Source of the DNA: Centroscyllium fabricii
Lineage: Eukaryota
DNA length: 64,000 bases
Direction: 5' to 3'
Assembly (NCBI GenBank): GCA_051313645.2
Contig: JBNRSN020000003.1
Coordinates: 431,706,001 to 431,770,000 of the forward strand
The notes under the pieces are model-generated. The model searched no databases, was not told where the DNA came from, and saw only the letters and a program-made list of their open reading frames with translations. The position numbers and the translations under genes were made by a program. Shown in pieces: positions 47,420-58,069 of this stretch (within the stretch, counting starts at the first letter, position 1; every line of letters starts with the position of its first letter).

Positions 47420-47846
47420 TGTAAGAAGTCACACAACACCAGGTTATAGTCCAACAGTTTTATTTGAAATCACAAGCTTTCGGAGCGCTGCTCCTTCGTC
47501 AGGTGAAGTGGAGAGATGCATATAGGCACAGCATATATAGTCAGAAAAGAATGTTAGATGATTACAGGTAATTTTTCTAACTGCCCTTTATCACACCTCG
47601 GCAGAGAGATAATCACAGCAATCAAAGGTGTAAATGGTGTCCAAATGTTAGAACAATTACCTGTAATCATCTAGCATTGTTTTCTGACTATATATGCTGT
47701 GCCTATGTGCATCTCTTCACTTCATCTGACGAAGGAGCAGCGCTCTGAAAGCTTGTGATTTAAAATAAAACTGTTGGACTATAACCTGGTGTTGTGTGAC
47801 TTCTTACATTTGTCCACCCCAGTCCAACACCGGCACCTCCACATCA
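47420..47846. mobile_element. Penelope-like foldback element (family 1)
   Basis: inverted arms plus the 38-nt tail; perfect 12-bp TSD TTATTTCATGAA (47408-47419 and 47847-47858). Confidence 0.84.
47470..47506 (-). ncRNA. Minimal hammerhead ribozyme motif, sense to NUP188 pre-mRNA
   Basis: intact CUGACGA, GGAGC/GCUCC stem and GAAAGCUU-GUGA; partner copy at 47722-47758 (+) has wobble changes. Confidence 0.7.
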
Positions 47847-48644
47847 TTATTTCATGAACTCTCTTTCCTCTTTAACAATATAATTCAATGCATGTTATCA
47901 ATTACAAGTACCCTGTATAAGCTATTGATACTGGGAAAAAAAGATATGGCCACTGTTTGAAATCAATTACAGAGTAATGGACCAAATAGCACATTACAGT
48001 AACAGTGACCACTTTTTCATTCTGAAGCAGATCATACTTCACTATTTTTCCAAGAACAAGAATTGTTGCAAATGACATGTTTTTGAATTTGCTCCAGGTC
48101 TCCCCATAGTATACACTATACCCCTACTGACAGGATGGGCAGTCAATGCTTCTCAATGCTGCTCATCCGTTATCAAATGAACAAGCATGGAGTACATCAA
48201 CTCCCTCTCCAGTACTGTTGGCTGACATCTTTAAAACTGCCTGCCTTTAAAGCTCACTGGATTTTTGCCATGGACCCAAGCAGCCAGGACTGCTCAAATA
48301 ATTTCAGAGAGGAGAAATTATGAGTTGCACGATGTACTGAAACGCAGGTTCCTGAAAAGAATGTCAATCAATAATCATAACCATGCTTACTTCTCCTCTG
48401 CCAGCTCCTCAGTTATCCCTCATCCATTTAGTTCTTCCCACATACATTCCCACCATCTCAGCTTTAGTTTTACATGTGTATGGTCTTCTTCCAGCTGGGG
48501 CCCATTACATTGCCTTCTAAGGGCGCTGATCTTTAGCCACTGGGGACATATCGCCCAGAGCAATCACCACCTTGAACACTGTTTTAAGCCAACACAGGAT
48601 ACAATCTCAAAGAAAATAATTTTAAAAGGAATTGAAAGTCTCAC

Positions 48645-48790
48645 CTTGTAGATGTTTGATCTGAAGAGTAGTTATGATAGCTGAAAATATTTTTGCCTTT
48701 GTCTTCTCCATGAAGTACTGGTTACTCTGTGACAGGCTCTCTAAAATTTGGTCCAGGGGGTCCAAGATTTTAGACACATGAACAATGATG
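48645..48790 (-). CDS. NUP188: NUP188 exon
   Basis: IIVHVSKILDPLDQILESLSQSNQYFMEKTKAKIFSAIITTLQIKHLQ; 146 nt. Confidence 0.93.
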
Positions 48791-48864
48791 CTGAGAAGGG
48801 GAAAAAAATGAAAATCAGTATTCTTTGCAACAAAATCAGCTGTGCCATTACTTTATTATAGGAC

Positions 48865-50312
48865 AATTTGATCTGATCGAAGTTTTCAAGGTATTAAGGG
48901 GAACAGATAGGGTAGAGAGAGAGAAACTATTTCCGCTGGTTGGGCTGAGGACATAGTCTAAAAATTAGAGCCAGACCTTTCAGGAGTGAAATTAGGAAAC
49001 ACTTCTACACACAAAGGCTGGTAGATGTTTGGAACTCTCTTCTGCAAGCGGCAGTTGATGCTAGATCAATTGTTAATTTTAAATTGGAGATTGTTAGTTT
49101 TCTGTTAACCAAAGGTATTAAGGGATATGGGGCAAAGGCAGGTATATGGAGTTAGGTCGCAGATCAGCCATGATCTCATTCAAATTTAATTTAATTTAAT
49201 TTTATTTTATTTTTTATTGTCATTGCAGTGTACTAGTACAATACAACGAAACGAAGACTCGCCGCTCCCGAGAGTAGTGCAAATAAGTTACATACAATTG
49301 CATACAGTAAAGTACATTTTCAGGTGTGCAGGTACCGGAGTTTCTTTTTAGAGTTCAGGAGGCTGACAGCCCTGGGGAAGAAGCTGTTCTTAAATCTAGT
49401 CGTGCGGGTGCGAATTGATCTGTAGCGTCTCCCAGAGGGCAGGGGGGCGAACAGACTATGGCTGGGGTGTGTGGGGTCTTTAATAATGTTCTGAGACCTC
49501 CGTAGGCAGCGTTTCAGGTAGGTGCTTTCAATTGATGGTAGCTGGGTACCGGTGATTCGTTGGGCAGTTTTGACTACCCGCTGCAGGGCCTTCCGGTCCA
49601 AGATGGTGCAGTTTCCATACCAGACTGTGATGCAGCTTGTCAGTATGCTTTCAATTGTGCAGCAGTAGAGGTTGGTAAGGATGCCGGCTGTCAGCTTGGC
49701 CTTTTTCAGCTTCCTTAGGAAGTACAGGCGCTGTTGGGCCTTCTTTATCAGAGAGGAGGTGTTTAGTGACCAGGAGAGGTCTTCCGAGATGTGGACCCTG
49801 AGGAACTTGAAGCTGGACACCCTTTCCACCTCAGTCCCTTGGATGAAGATGCGGGGGTGTCTTCCGCCTTTAGTCTTCCGGAAGTCCACTATGATCTCCT
49901 TGGTTTTCTTGGTGTTTAGTGCCAGGTTGTTGTTGGCACACCATCCCACAAGGCGCTGAATCTCATCCCTGTAGACTGACTCATCGTTGTTGATGATCTG
50001 GCCAACCACCGTGGTGTTGTCCGCAAACTTGATGATCTTGTTGGGAGCTGTGGACAGCCACACAGTCGTGGGTAAAGAGGGAGGGGGGGGGCGGCGCTCA
50101 GCACACAGCCTTGTGGGGCCCCTGTGTTCAGGGTAAGCAGGGGGGGCGGGGGGGGGGAGATGAGGTTGCCTAACTTCACAGACTGTGGTCTGTTGGTTAG
50201 GAAGTCCAGGGTCCAGTTGCAGAGGGAGGTGTTCAGACCAAGGGTGATGGTGGTGGAGCAGGCTCGAGGGGCTGAATGCTGAATGGCCTACTCCTGTTCT
50301 TATGTTCCTATA
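48865..50312 (+). mobile_element. CR1 3' fragment split by a Rex1 insertion
   Basis: cagatcagccatgatctcatt | Rex1 | ggtggagcaggctcgagggg. Confidence 0.75.
49182..50246 (-). mobile_element. Rex1/Babar LINE, 5'-truncated
   Basis: [57 protein letters not shown]. Confidence 0.88.
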
Positions 50313-50520
50313 TGTTTGTAATCAGCTCATTCCTTTAAAAATAATTATTAGTAGCAAATGCAGGACAACATCCAGAGGTGCATTGTCTCAGGGATGCTCT
50401 TGGATCTATAACTGGGAAGCAGAAATAGCTTTGCCCGTTCCTTGATACACATCCTACCTTAATTGTTACATTTTCAAGGACGTAGCAGTCTACAACAGAA
50501 TAAAAAAATAAAAATAAAAA

Positions 50521-50955
50521 GTGTCAGTTGTGGCTCAGTGGGCAGCACTCTCGCCTCTGAGTCAGAAGGTTGTGGGTTCAAGTCCCACTTCAGGGATTTG
50601 AGCACAAAAATTAAGGCTGACACTCCAGTGCAGTGCTGAGAGAGTGCTGCACTGTCAGAGGTGCCATCTTTCAGATAAGACATTAAACCGAGGCCCCGTC
50701 TGCTCTCTCGGGTGGATGTAAATGATCCCATGGCACTAATTTCTAAGAAGAGCAGGAGAGTTATCCCCAATGTCCTGGCCAATATTTTTCCCTCAATCAA
50801 CATACCAAAACTGATTATCTGGTCGTTATCACATTGTTGTTTGTGGGAGCTTGCTGTGCGCAAATTGGCTGCCATTTCCTACATTACAACAGTGACTACA
50901 CTTTGAGACATCCAGTGGTCATGAAAGGCGCTATATAAATGCAAGTCTTTTTTTT
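50521..50955 (+). mobile_element. SacSINE1-like DeuSINE
   Basis: tRNA head gtggctcagtgg...gggttcaagtccc; Deu-domain ttaaaccgaggcccc...gatcccatggcact...gtcctggccaat. Confidence 0.8.
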
Positions 50956-51110
50956 CTAAAAGCACAATTTTGCAAATGTTGTAAACGTTGTAACAGAAAC
51001 CCACAATACATTTTTGAAAGTTGCAGAAGATATACAGTACTCAAATGGGTCAGTGATCAAATTCCAAACGGACTACAATTTATCTTCAGGTGAATCTCCT
51101 CATTTCCTAC

Positions 51111-51196
51111 CTTTTCCACTGTTTCAGCAGGACTAGAAGTAGCGTTGCCAGCATAGATCCCATTCGCAGACAGGGAGCAGATGAAGGAGCCAACAG
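51111..51196 (-). CDS. NUP188: NUP188 exon
   Basis: LLAPSSAPCLRMGSMLATLLLVLLKQWK; 86 nt. Confidence 0.93.
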
Positions 51197-51377
51197 CTAC
51201 AAAAAAAAGACATAATTTTAAGGTGAGAATCCAGCACAAAGGGTGGACGGGAGACTGACTTCTACACTTCCAACAAATGCTAGCCTAAAACTGCTCATCG
51301 GGAAATGTGTAAGAGGGGGCTTCAATGTGCCGGACATCATCTCAAATCCCATCAACATAACGAAGACTGTGGGGGGA

Positions 51378-52189
51378 GGGGGGGGATTTTCCTCGGGCCG
51401 TGAGGGCGTGTTTTCAGTGGGGCGGGGCTTAAAATCACGAAACTGGGGGGGGGTCCCGACCCCTCCCGTCGGATGCCCGCCGCTTTGCCATTCTCGGGCG
51501 GCGCGTCTAGCCGGCCCGAATCTTTTCCGCCTTCCACCAGCAGGGCTGATCATTGTGCTCGTTAGGGGCCCTTCATTGCCATGGGTAATCCCATTTTAAG
51601 GGCCCCTCACGATTTTTGAGCCCTTCCCACCCATACCCCGCCATCCTGAAACTCCGCTGGTGAAATCTAGGGGGATCAAAGTCAGCTTGGTCACTTTCAC
51701 CTTCAAGGCATTGAAGGACCTGTAGCAGAATGACTTCCAGGCCTTCAACACCCTGGAGGTGTAAGTGACTTCCTTGTCTGAGGAGCAGCTGTGGAGAAAA
51801 CCTTCCAAAAACTTACCTGAGAGATGAATGGAAATGCTTCACAGAGAGAAGGACCCTAACTGTGAGCTTTCCAGCGAGTCCTTAGACCTGTCACTCAACC
51901 CACTTGGGCTTTGAGATTGGTTGCACTCCACTGTGATGTCACAACGCACTGTTTCCATAGAAACTAACACCACACAGTCCTTACCCGCCAATCAAACCTT
52001 CGGCTGTCAACTGCAGCTCCGCTGTTTTCTGACTGGAATCAGTCAATTGGCAGGGGCTCTGACACGCGGGCAATTAATTGGCCAATGAAGCCAAAATTGC
52101 ATGGGGCTCCCAGGCCCTTGAACATTCGTGTCAGAAACCTGATCCGCCCAAAGCCTGCCAGCTTCCCACACCTTTGCGAATATCCCCCC
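51378..52189. mobile_element. Possible Harbinger-like TIR element
   Basis: GGGGGGATTTTC ... GAATATCCCCCC inverted ends and a GC-rich interior; TSD unclear. Confidence 0.4.
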
Positions 52190-52228
52190 GTGAATCTGAT
52201 TGCAATTACAGGTATAACAGATACTCAC

Positions 52229-52306
52229 CAAAACTTTGGTCCCGTCTAGAACGTCTTGTAGTAAATGCAGCCGTAGTGAACAATCACTTAGATGCATCAC
52301 CTCCGC
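52229..52306 (-). CDS. NUP188: NUP188 exon
   Basis: AEVMHLSDCSLRLHLLQDVLDGTKVL; 78 nt. Confidence 0.93.
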
Positions 52307-52679
52307 CTGGGGAATAAAATAGCTAAGAATAAAACTCAATTATTTGGTGACACGCATGCTACATCACAAAACAACACTGATTCATTGTACCTGCCACGAT
52401 ATTAAGCCCCCACCCACAACGCCGGACAGGAGAAGGTAGGGGGGGTTTAAAAAATTTTTTTTAATGGGGAACACAACCCCAACCCATTTATGCTCCTGCC
52501 ACCATTTTTACGCGCTCAGGAAAGCCGGTGGGCGGGGGAGACAGCTGCTGGCCCAAGATGGTAAGTGTCTTTTACAGCAGACCTTGTGGGCCAGGAGGAG
52601 TGCGAGTGCTCCCCCCGGGCCCCTCAAGGAAGCCTTCAGCCTCCCCTCTGCCAATCACATCCTCTCTCTACCCCTGCAG

Positions 52680-52988
52680 CAATCAGTTGGCAGCTCTCTG
52701 CTTCAGAGTCATAGGGCTGTGGGTTCAAGTCCCCCCTCCAGGGCTTGAGCATATAATCTCGGTGCAGTACGGAGGGAATGCAGCACTGCCTGCTGTGCTA
52801 GCTTGCAGATGAAACGTTAAAGTGAAGCCCCGCTTGTTTGTTCAGACGGACATTAAAGATTTTATGGCACTATTTGAAGACAAGTAGGGAGTTATCCTAA
52901 CATTCATCCCTCAATTATACCACCAAAAACAGATTCAATGGTCATTCGTAGAACCTTGCTGTGTACAAATTAGCTTGCGCATTGCCTA
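52680..52988 (+). mobile_element. DeuSINE (diverged)
   Basis: gtgggttcaagtccc...gagcatataatct...atggcactatttgaaga. Confidence 0.62.
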
Positions 52989-52990
52989 TA

Positions 52991-53502
52991 CAGGTTGAGC
53001 ACCGGTAATCCGGCACCCGATGGTTCGGCACCTTCAGTGGTTCGCCTCGAATCGAAACCGGCGGTCTTCAGTTTGCAGAGCAGCCGCTCGGCGGCGCCAC
53101 CGTTTCCCACGATGGGTGGCGAGCGCTGAAGGCATCGGGCGTTTGAGTTTCTGCTTTTTAGTGTTCTATCCCGGGGCTCCCTCCTGGGGAGTGTTCTACC
53201 CGCGCGCTCCGGGCCCCGGAGAGTGTTCTACCCGTGCGCTCTGGGCCCAGGGAGTGTTCTACCCGCGCGCTCTGGGCCCCGGGAGTGTTCTACCCGCACG
53301 CTCCGGGCCCCGGGGAGTGTTCTACCCGCGCGCTCTGGGCCCCGGGGAGTGTTCTACCCGCACGCTCCAGGCCCCGGGGAGTGTTCTACCCGCGCGCTCC
53401 AGGCCCCGAGGAGTGTTCTACCCGCGCGCTCTGGGCCCCGGGAGTGTTCTACCCCTGAACCTTCAGTGGTTCGGAATTTTCAATGGTCTGGCACAGGCCT
53501 GG
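52991..53502. mobile_element. Tigger/pogo-like MITE, right end truncated by a Penelope-like fragment
   Basis: TA|CAGGTTGAGCACCGGTAATCCGGCAC; 10 occurrences of a 31-32-bp unit (AGTGTTCTACCCGCGCGCTCTGGGCCCCGGG) at 53160-53454. Confidence 0.83.
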
Positions 53503-53625
53503 TCTGACGAAGGGGCAAAAGCTCTGAAAGCTTGTGATTTAAAATAAAACTGTTGGACTATAATCTGGTGTTGTGTGACTTCTTGCATTTGTCCACCCCA
53601 GTCCAACACCGGCACCTCCACATTA
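53503..53625 (+). mobile_element. Penelope-like family 1 pLTR fragment
   Basis: CTGACGAAGGGGCAAAAGCTCTGAAAGCTTGTG followed by the tail ending ...cacctccacatta. Confidence 0.72.
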
Positions 53626-53811
53626 TGAAAATTTGGGAAACAGTCCAGATTCTGAACAATTGCAATCTGTTAGATTTAACCAGATGGCCAAGACACGTCA
53701 CTTCATTAACGTCCATCACTGTAATAGCTGGAACTGAAGCAGAGTGTCTTTGGATGTCAGCCTTCCTAAAAGGGGTTAGTATTCAGAAAACCAATGATAT
53801 TTTATCCTTAC

Positions 53812-54007
53812 GTAGCTGGTAGCCAGAACGAGAACCATTCTCCACGCAGAGATCACCATATGGAACTCTATAATTGTGGAGGCCCCCTCTGCTTCTGTCT
53901 CCGTCATGTGGGTGACAAGTGATTTGATATATTCAGACCAATATTCGTATCGCTTCTTATCAAAGAACATCTTCAGTGTGTACTTTAAGGACTGGTCCAG
54001 TGAACCC
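53812..54007 (-). CDS. NUP188: NUP188 exon
   Basis: GSLDQSLKYTLKMFFDKKRYEYWSEYIKSL...ISAWRMVLVLATSY; 196 nt. Confidence 0.95.
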
Positions 54008-54579
54008 CTGACAGACAAAATACAGTAACATGAATCAAAGACTATCTAGGAATAGTCATCAGTTCTTAATTCACATTTAGCTCGGGTCAGCTCAGAGAGA
54101 CTGGACCAATACTTTTGCAACTTTGTAACAGAATGTAGTATGGCATGCCAATCAATAGAAAAATAATCACATGACTTATGACTGAGTTGGCATTGTGAAC
54201 CCAGTACAAACACCTGACATAATTGTGATTAATTATCAAGGATGGGAATTTCTTTTTAAATCGCAGGCGTAACTTACTGTCCAAAATAAATCAAAGAATA
54301 AATGTAGTTGCACAGATCAAGAATACAAAAAGAAAATTCTGTTCCTCATTCAGCCCATACATTAAAAAAAACAATAAACATTCACCCAGAAAAATGACCT
54401 ACCCTTAACACAAACTATAATGGGAGAGAGAAAATCTTATAAATGTGTAAATCCAGAAACCTAAATTTCCATAAGATCAGACTTGTAGAGCACGCACAAT
54501 TTTATTAGCCACAAACTGGAGGATAAGTTTTCAAAAAATTTGAACGGATGACAGATCTAAAAACTGCGGTTACCATATT

Positions 54580-55230
54580 TACAGCAAGCAATTAGGAAGG
54601 CAAATGGCATGTTGGCCTTTATTGCAAGGGGGCTGGAGTACAAGAGTAAGGAAGTCTTACTACAGTTGTACAGGGCTTATGGTGAGACCACACCTGGAAT
54701 AGTGTACCTTATCTGAGGAAGGACATACATGCCTTAGAGGCGGTGCAACGAAGATTCACTGGGCTGATCCCGGGGATGAGAGGGTTGTCCTCGGAGGAGA
54801 GATTGAGTCCATACTCTCTGGAGTTTAGAAGAATGAGAGGTGATCACATTGAAACATACAAGATTCTGAAGGGGATTGACAGGGTAGATGCTGAGAGGTT
54901 GTTTCCCCTGGGCTGGAGAGTCCAGAACCAGGGGAGCCACAGTCTCAGGATAAGGGGTCGGCCATTTAAGACTGAGATGAGGAGGAATTTCTTCACCCAG
55001 AGGGTTGTGAATCTTTGGAATTCTCTACCCCAAAGGGCTGTGGATGCTGAGACGTTGAGTATATTCAAGGCTGAGATCGATAGATTTTTGGACTCTGGAG
55101 GAATCAAGGGATATGGGGATCAGATGGGAAAGCGGAGATGACGTCGAAGATCGGCCGTGATCTTATTGAATGGAGGAGCAGGCTCGAAGGGCCGTATGGC
55201 CGACTCCTGCTCCTATTTCATATGTTCTTA
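54580..55230 (+). mobile_element. CR1 3' fragment
   Basis: QRRFTGLIPGMRGL...FFTQRVVNLWNSLPQ; tail. Confidence 0.87.
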
Positions 55231-55724
55231 CACTAGGTGATCCAATATATTAAAATTATTAGAAATTTACTAGTACATTTTAGCAACAAATATTGAATGC
55301 ATAATGGAAAAAATATTTATCTTTAAACAAAATTTACTTTATTTTTGATCTAGTGTTGTAAGTAAAGCAGACCTCCAACACTGGTCCTCAATCGCCACAA
55401 CTTTGTTCCAATCTAACCAAAGACCAATCCCATCAGCTGAATGTTACTTTTACTTCTCAGACATTCTAACAATTGACTTGAACAAACTAAACTGAACTAG
55501 TAGACCGCAGTGAAGCAGTAAGATGCTGCTGTGGTCTGTGGAACTTCAGCCAGCAATGCTTCCAGGCTTCAATGAATTGAAGCCAGTGGAATATGCCAGT
55601 TATGGGTGTTTCAGTATCAAGCTGGGATACCTGTAACTGTTCCTGTAGAAATAGCTTGTTATTTTATAAATAATGCTGCTGCACAAAGAAACTGCTGCTG
55701 TTCCTGAATTGGTAAGAGTTGTAC

Positions 55725-55792
55725 CTGACAACGTAGTAAATTTCCAGACAAATGATCTTCAGGATGAAGGCACAGGTTTCCAGGACACTCTT
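55725..55792 (-). CDS. NUP188: NUP188 exon
   Basis: KSVLETCAFILKIICLEIYYVV(R); 68 nt. Confidence 0.94.
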
Positions 55793-55995
55793 CTGTAGAG
55801 GGAAAAACGGACATTAATTATGGTAAAACCTGTTAAGAATACAGAATACAATGTGAACTGTACAGCGCTTACAAATATAAATTCAAGGTATTGTGATGGT
55901 GTTTGCTGGCACTGAAGGTTTTGGAGGAAGAGAAGGCTGGCCAGAAGATTTCAACATCATTTTCATCACTAGAACCACCTCTTGACATGGACACT

Positions 55996-56725
55996 GGGCC
56001 AGAAATTCGGGTTCCCACCACGCTGGGTGCTCGCGCGTAGGGCCAACGAAAGTGCCAGTTTCGTGCATGCACTGCGCGTGCGCGGGAAACCGGAACTTCC
56101 ATTCCCTTAAAAGGGGCTCACAGGTCGAACGCGTGCGCCAGAGAGGCAGCGCGTACGCCTGGAACTTCCTTTCTTTTTATTACAGGTTTCTCCGGGAGGG
56201 TAAGTCTCCAGCAGCTACGCTTTTAAAAAGCAGTCGCAAGGCCTGCTTTTAACAAGGTAAGTGGTGAATTAAGTAAAATTAAAACATTTTTCCACAGGTT
56301 TATTATTTTGAAATACTTTAAAGGAAAGTTTATTTTTAGTCGTTAAAAACTGTAATTATTGTTTTCAAAAATTTAAATTACTGTTTAAAAGAGTTATTTT
56401 ATGTAATTTATAGTTATTTTTAAAATGTGATTTGAAGTTTTAGTTACGTTTTGGGGCCGTTTCTATTCATAGATTTGACAGGTCTTCCTGTCAAATCTAT
56501 GAATAGAGATTCCCTACTACCATCGGCTCTCCATGGCCCACGTGATCCCAGGGTACGTTTCGAACTAACTGCGCTCGAGATACGCAAGCACTGCGCGCCG
56601 GCAGCTGGAGCAGGCCCAGGATTGGAATCCCACGCGGCCCCACAGCACAACGGCCGGCAAGTTCGGTAAATGCAGGTCGGGGGGCTTTCGCCCGTGGGGA
56701 AGCCTCCGACCCGAATTTCTGGCCC
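55996..56725. mobile_element. Harbinger-like non-autonomous element
   Basis: TIR GGGCCAGAAATTCGGG / CCCGAATTTCTGGCCC; flanks ACT and AAT. Confidence 0.75.
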
Positions 56726-56924
56726 AATGTCTTTGTGAAGTGTCGAAAAACACAATTAGGAAACTACAACAATAACCTTTCCAGCAGTTTAACGGTTGAG
56801 AAAGCTGCAGCCAGAGCTTCTCTTTGAAATGCAGAATGCTGAAGACATCAACAGAGGCAAGATGCACTCTTTGCGGAAGGAGGTAGCCTACTAAAAGTAA
56901 AAAAAAAGTTTATGAAAGTCATAC

Positions 56925-56994
56925 CTCTGTAATGTCAGAGGGTGCGGGCAGCTCTTCAAAAAGCACAGACGTCAAATTCTCCCAGAATCGATCC
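56925..56994 (-). CDS. NUP188: NUP188 exon
   Basis: DRFWENLTSVLFEELPAPSDITE; 70 nt. Confidence 0.93.
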
Positions 56995-57123
56995 CTGAAA
57001 AATAAAAACCATTGGACAAAATAACTTGCAGTCTCAAAGAAAATTCTGCATCTTTCCGCAATAATGTTTTTATAATAGAAATTCGAATTCAGCCCATCCA
57101 ACAGTGTAGGTTGAATTTCAGTA

Positions 57124-57192
57124 TTTTAAGGAAGTCCTATCCTGTTGTTTTAAGGACGTCCTATCCTGTTGTTTTAAGGAAGTCCTATCCTG
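57124..57192. repeat. 24-bp tandem repeat, about 2.9 copies
   Basis: TTTTAAGGA(A/C)GTCCTATCCTGTTG. Confidence 0.85.
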
Positions 57193-57527
57193 AGCAATAA
57201 GGAGCTCCTGGGTTCGAATCCTGCTTGGCCCGGGACCTCTCTGCGTGGAGTTTGCATGTTCTCCCAGTGTTTGTGTGGGTTTCCTCCGGGTACTCCGGTT
57301 TCCTCCCACCACCCAAAGACCTGCAGGTTAGGTGAATTGGAGATACTAAAAATTGCCCATGAGTATGCGTGAGAGATATAGTTCTTAGAGTTGGTGGTGT
57401 CGGGGGACATGGGGAGAGGGTAGGAGGGGGGTGCTGGGTTTGGATGATCAGCCATGATCTCATCGAGGTGGCGGAGCGGGCTCGAAGGGTCGAATGGCCT
57501 ACTCCTGCTCCTATCTTCTGTGTTTCT
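57193..57527 (+). mobile_element. V-SINE, second subfamily, 5'-truncated
   Basis: B-box gggttcgaatcc, V-domain and CR1 tail. Confidence 0.8.
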
Positions 57528-58069
57528 GGGTTCGCCTTGGTTAAAAGAGCAAATAAGTCTTTTGGTCTCTAAGTAGCCTCTGCTCTTAACTCTCCAAGGC
57601 TCCTTAATAGCCAACAGGTTTTCTAACAGGATAAGATCAAGTAGTTACCTGCTAGTCTAACATGCCTACTGAGTCACCAACAACAAAGAGAATCTCCAAT
57701 TCAGTTGCAGCAGCTTAGCACTCGGCTGAATTTAACAGCCATTTGATTCTCCCCATCTCCCACTACAGATTTTGAAATGTGATGTGTCTGATTCCCACAA
57801 TATGTAGTGATCTAAATGCAACTTCCAAACCAGTGCTTTAGAATTTAGGCGAGCAGAGATGTTGAATACAGACTGGACAGCCATTAAAAAAACTTTCCTT
57901 TCAGCCCACGGATTTTTCTTTTGTGCCAATTGATGGCACATCTTTCATTTCAACTGAGTCAAATAAAACAGCAATGATTTGAAATGATTTTATTATTTTT
58001 ATCCTTCAGCACAGTTACGTACTTCCATGTATTGTAGGATATGTGGAACAATCTTTGTTCTAATCCTAT

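Noticed and set aside
53160-53454. CRISPR-like periodic repeats
   Set aside because: Head-to-tail units without unique spacers, no cas genes, and a vertebrate context.
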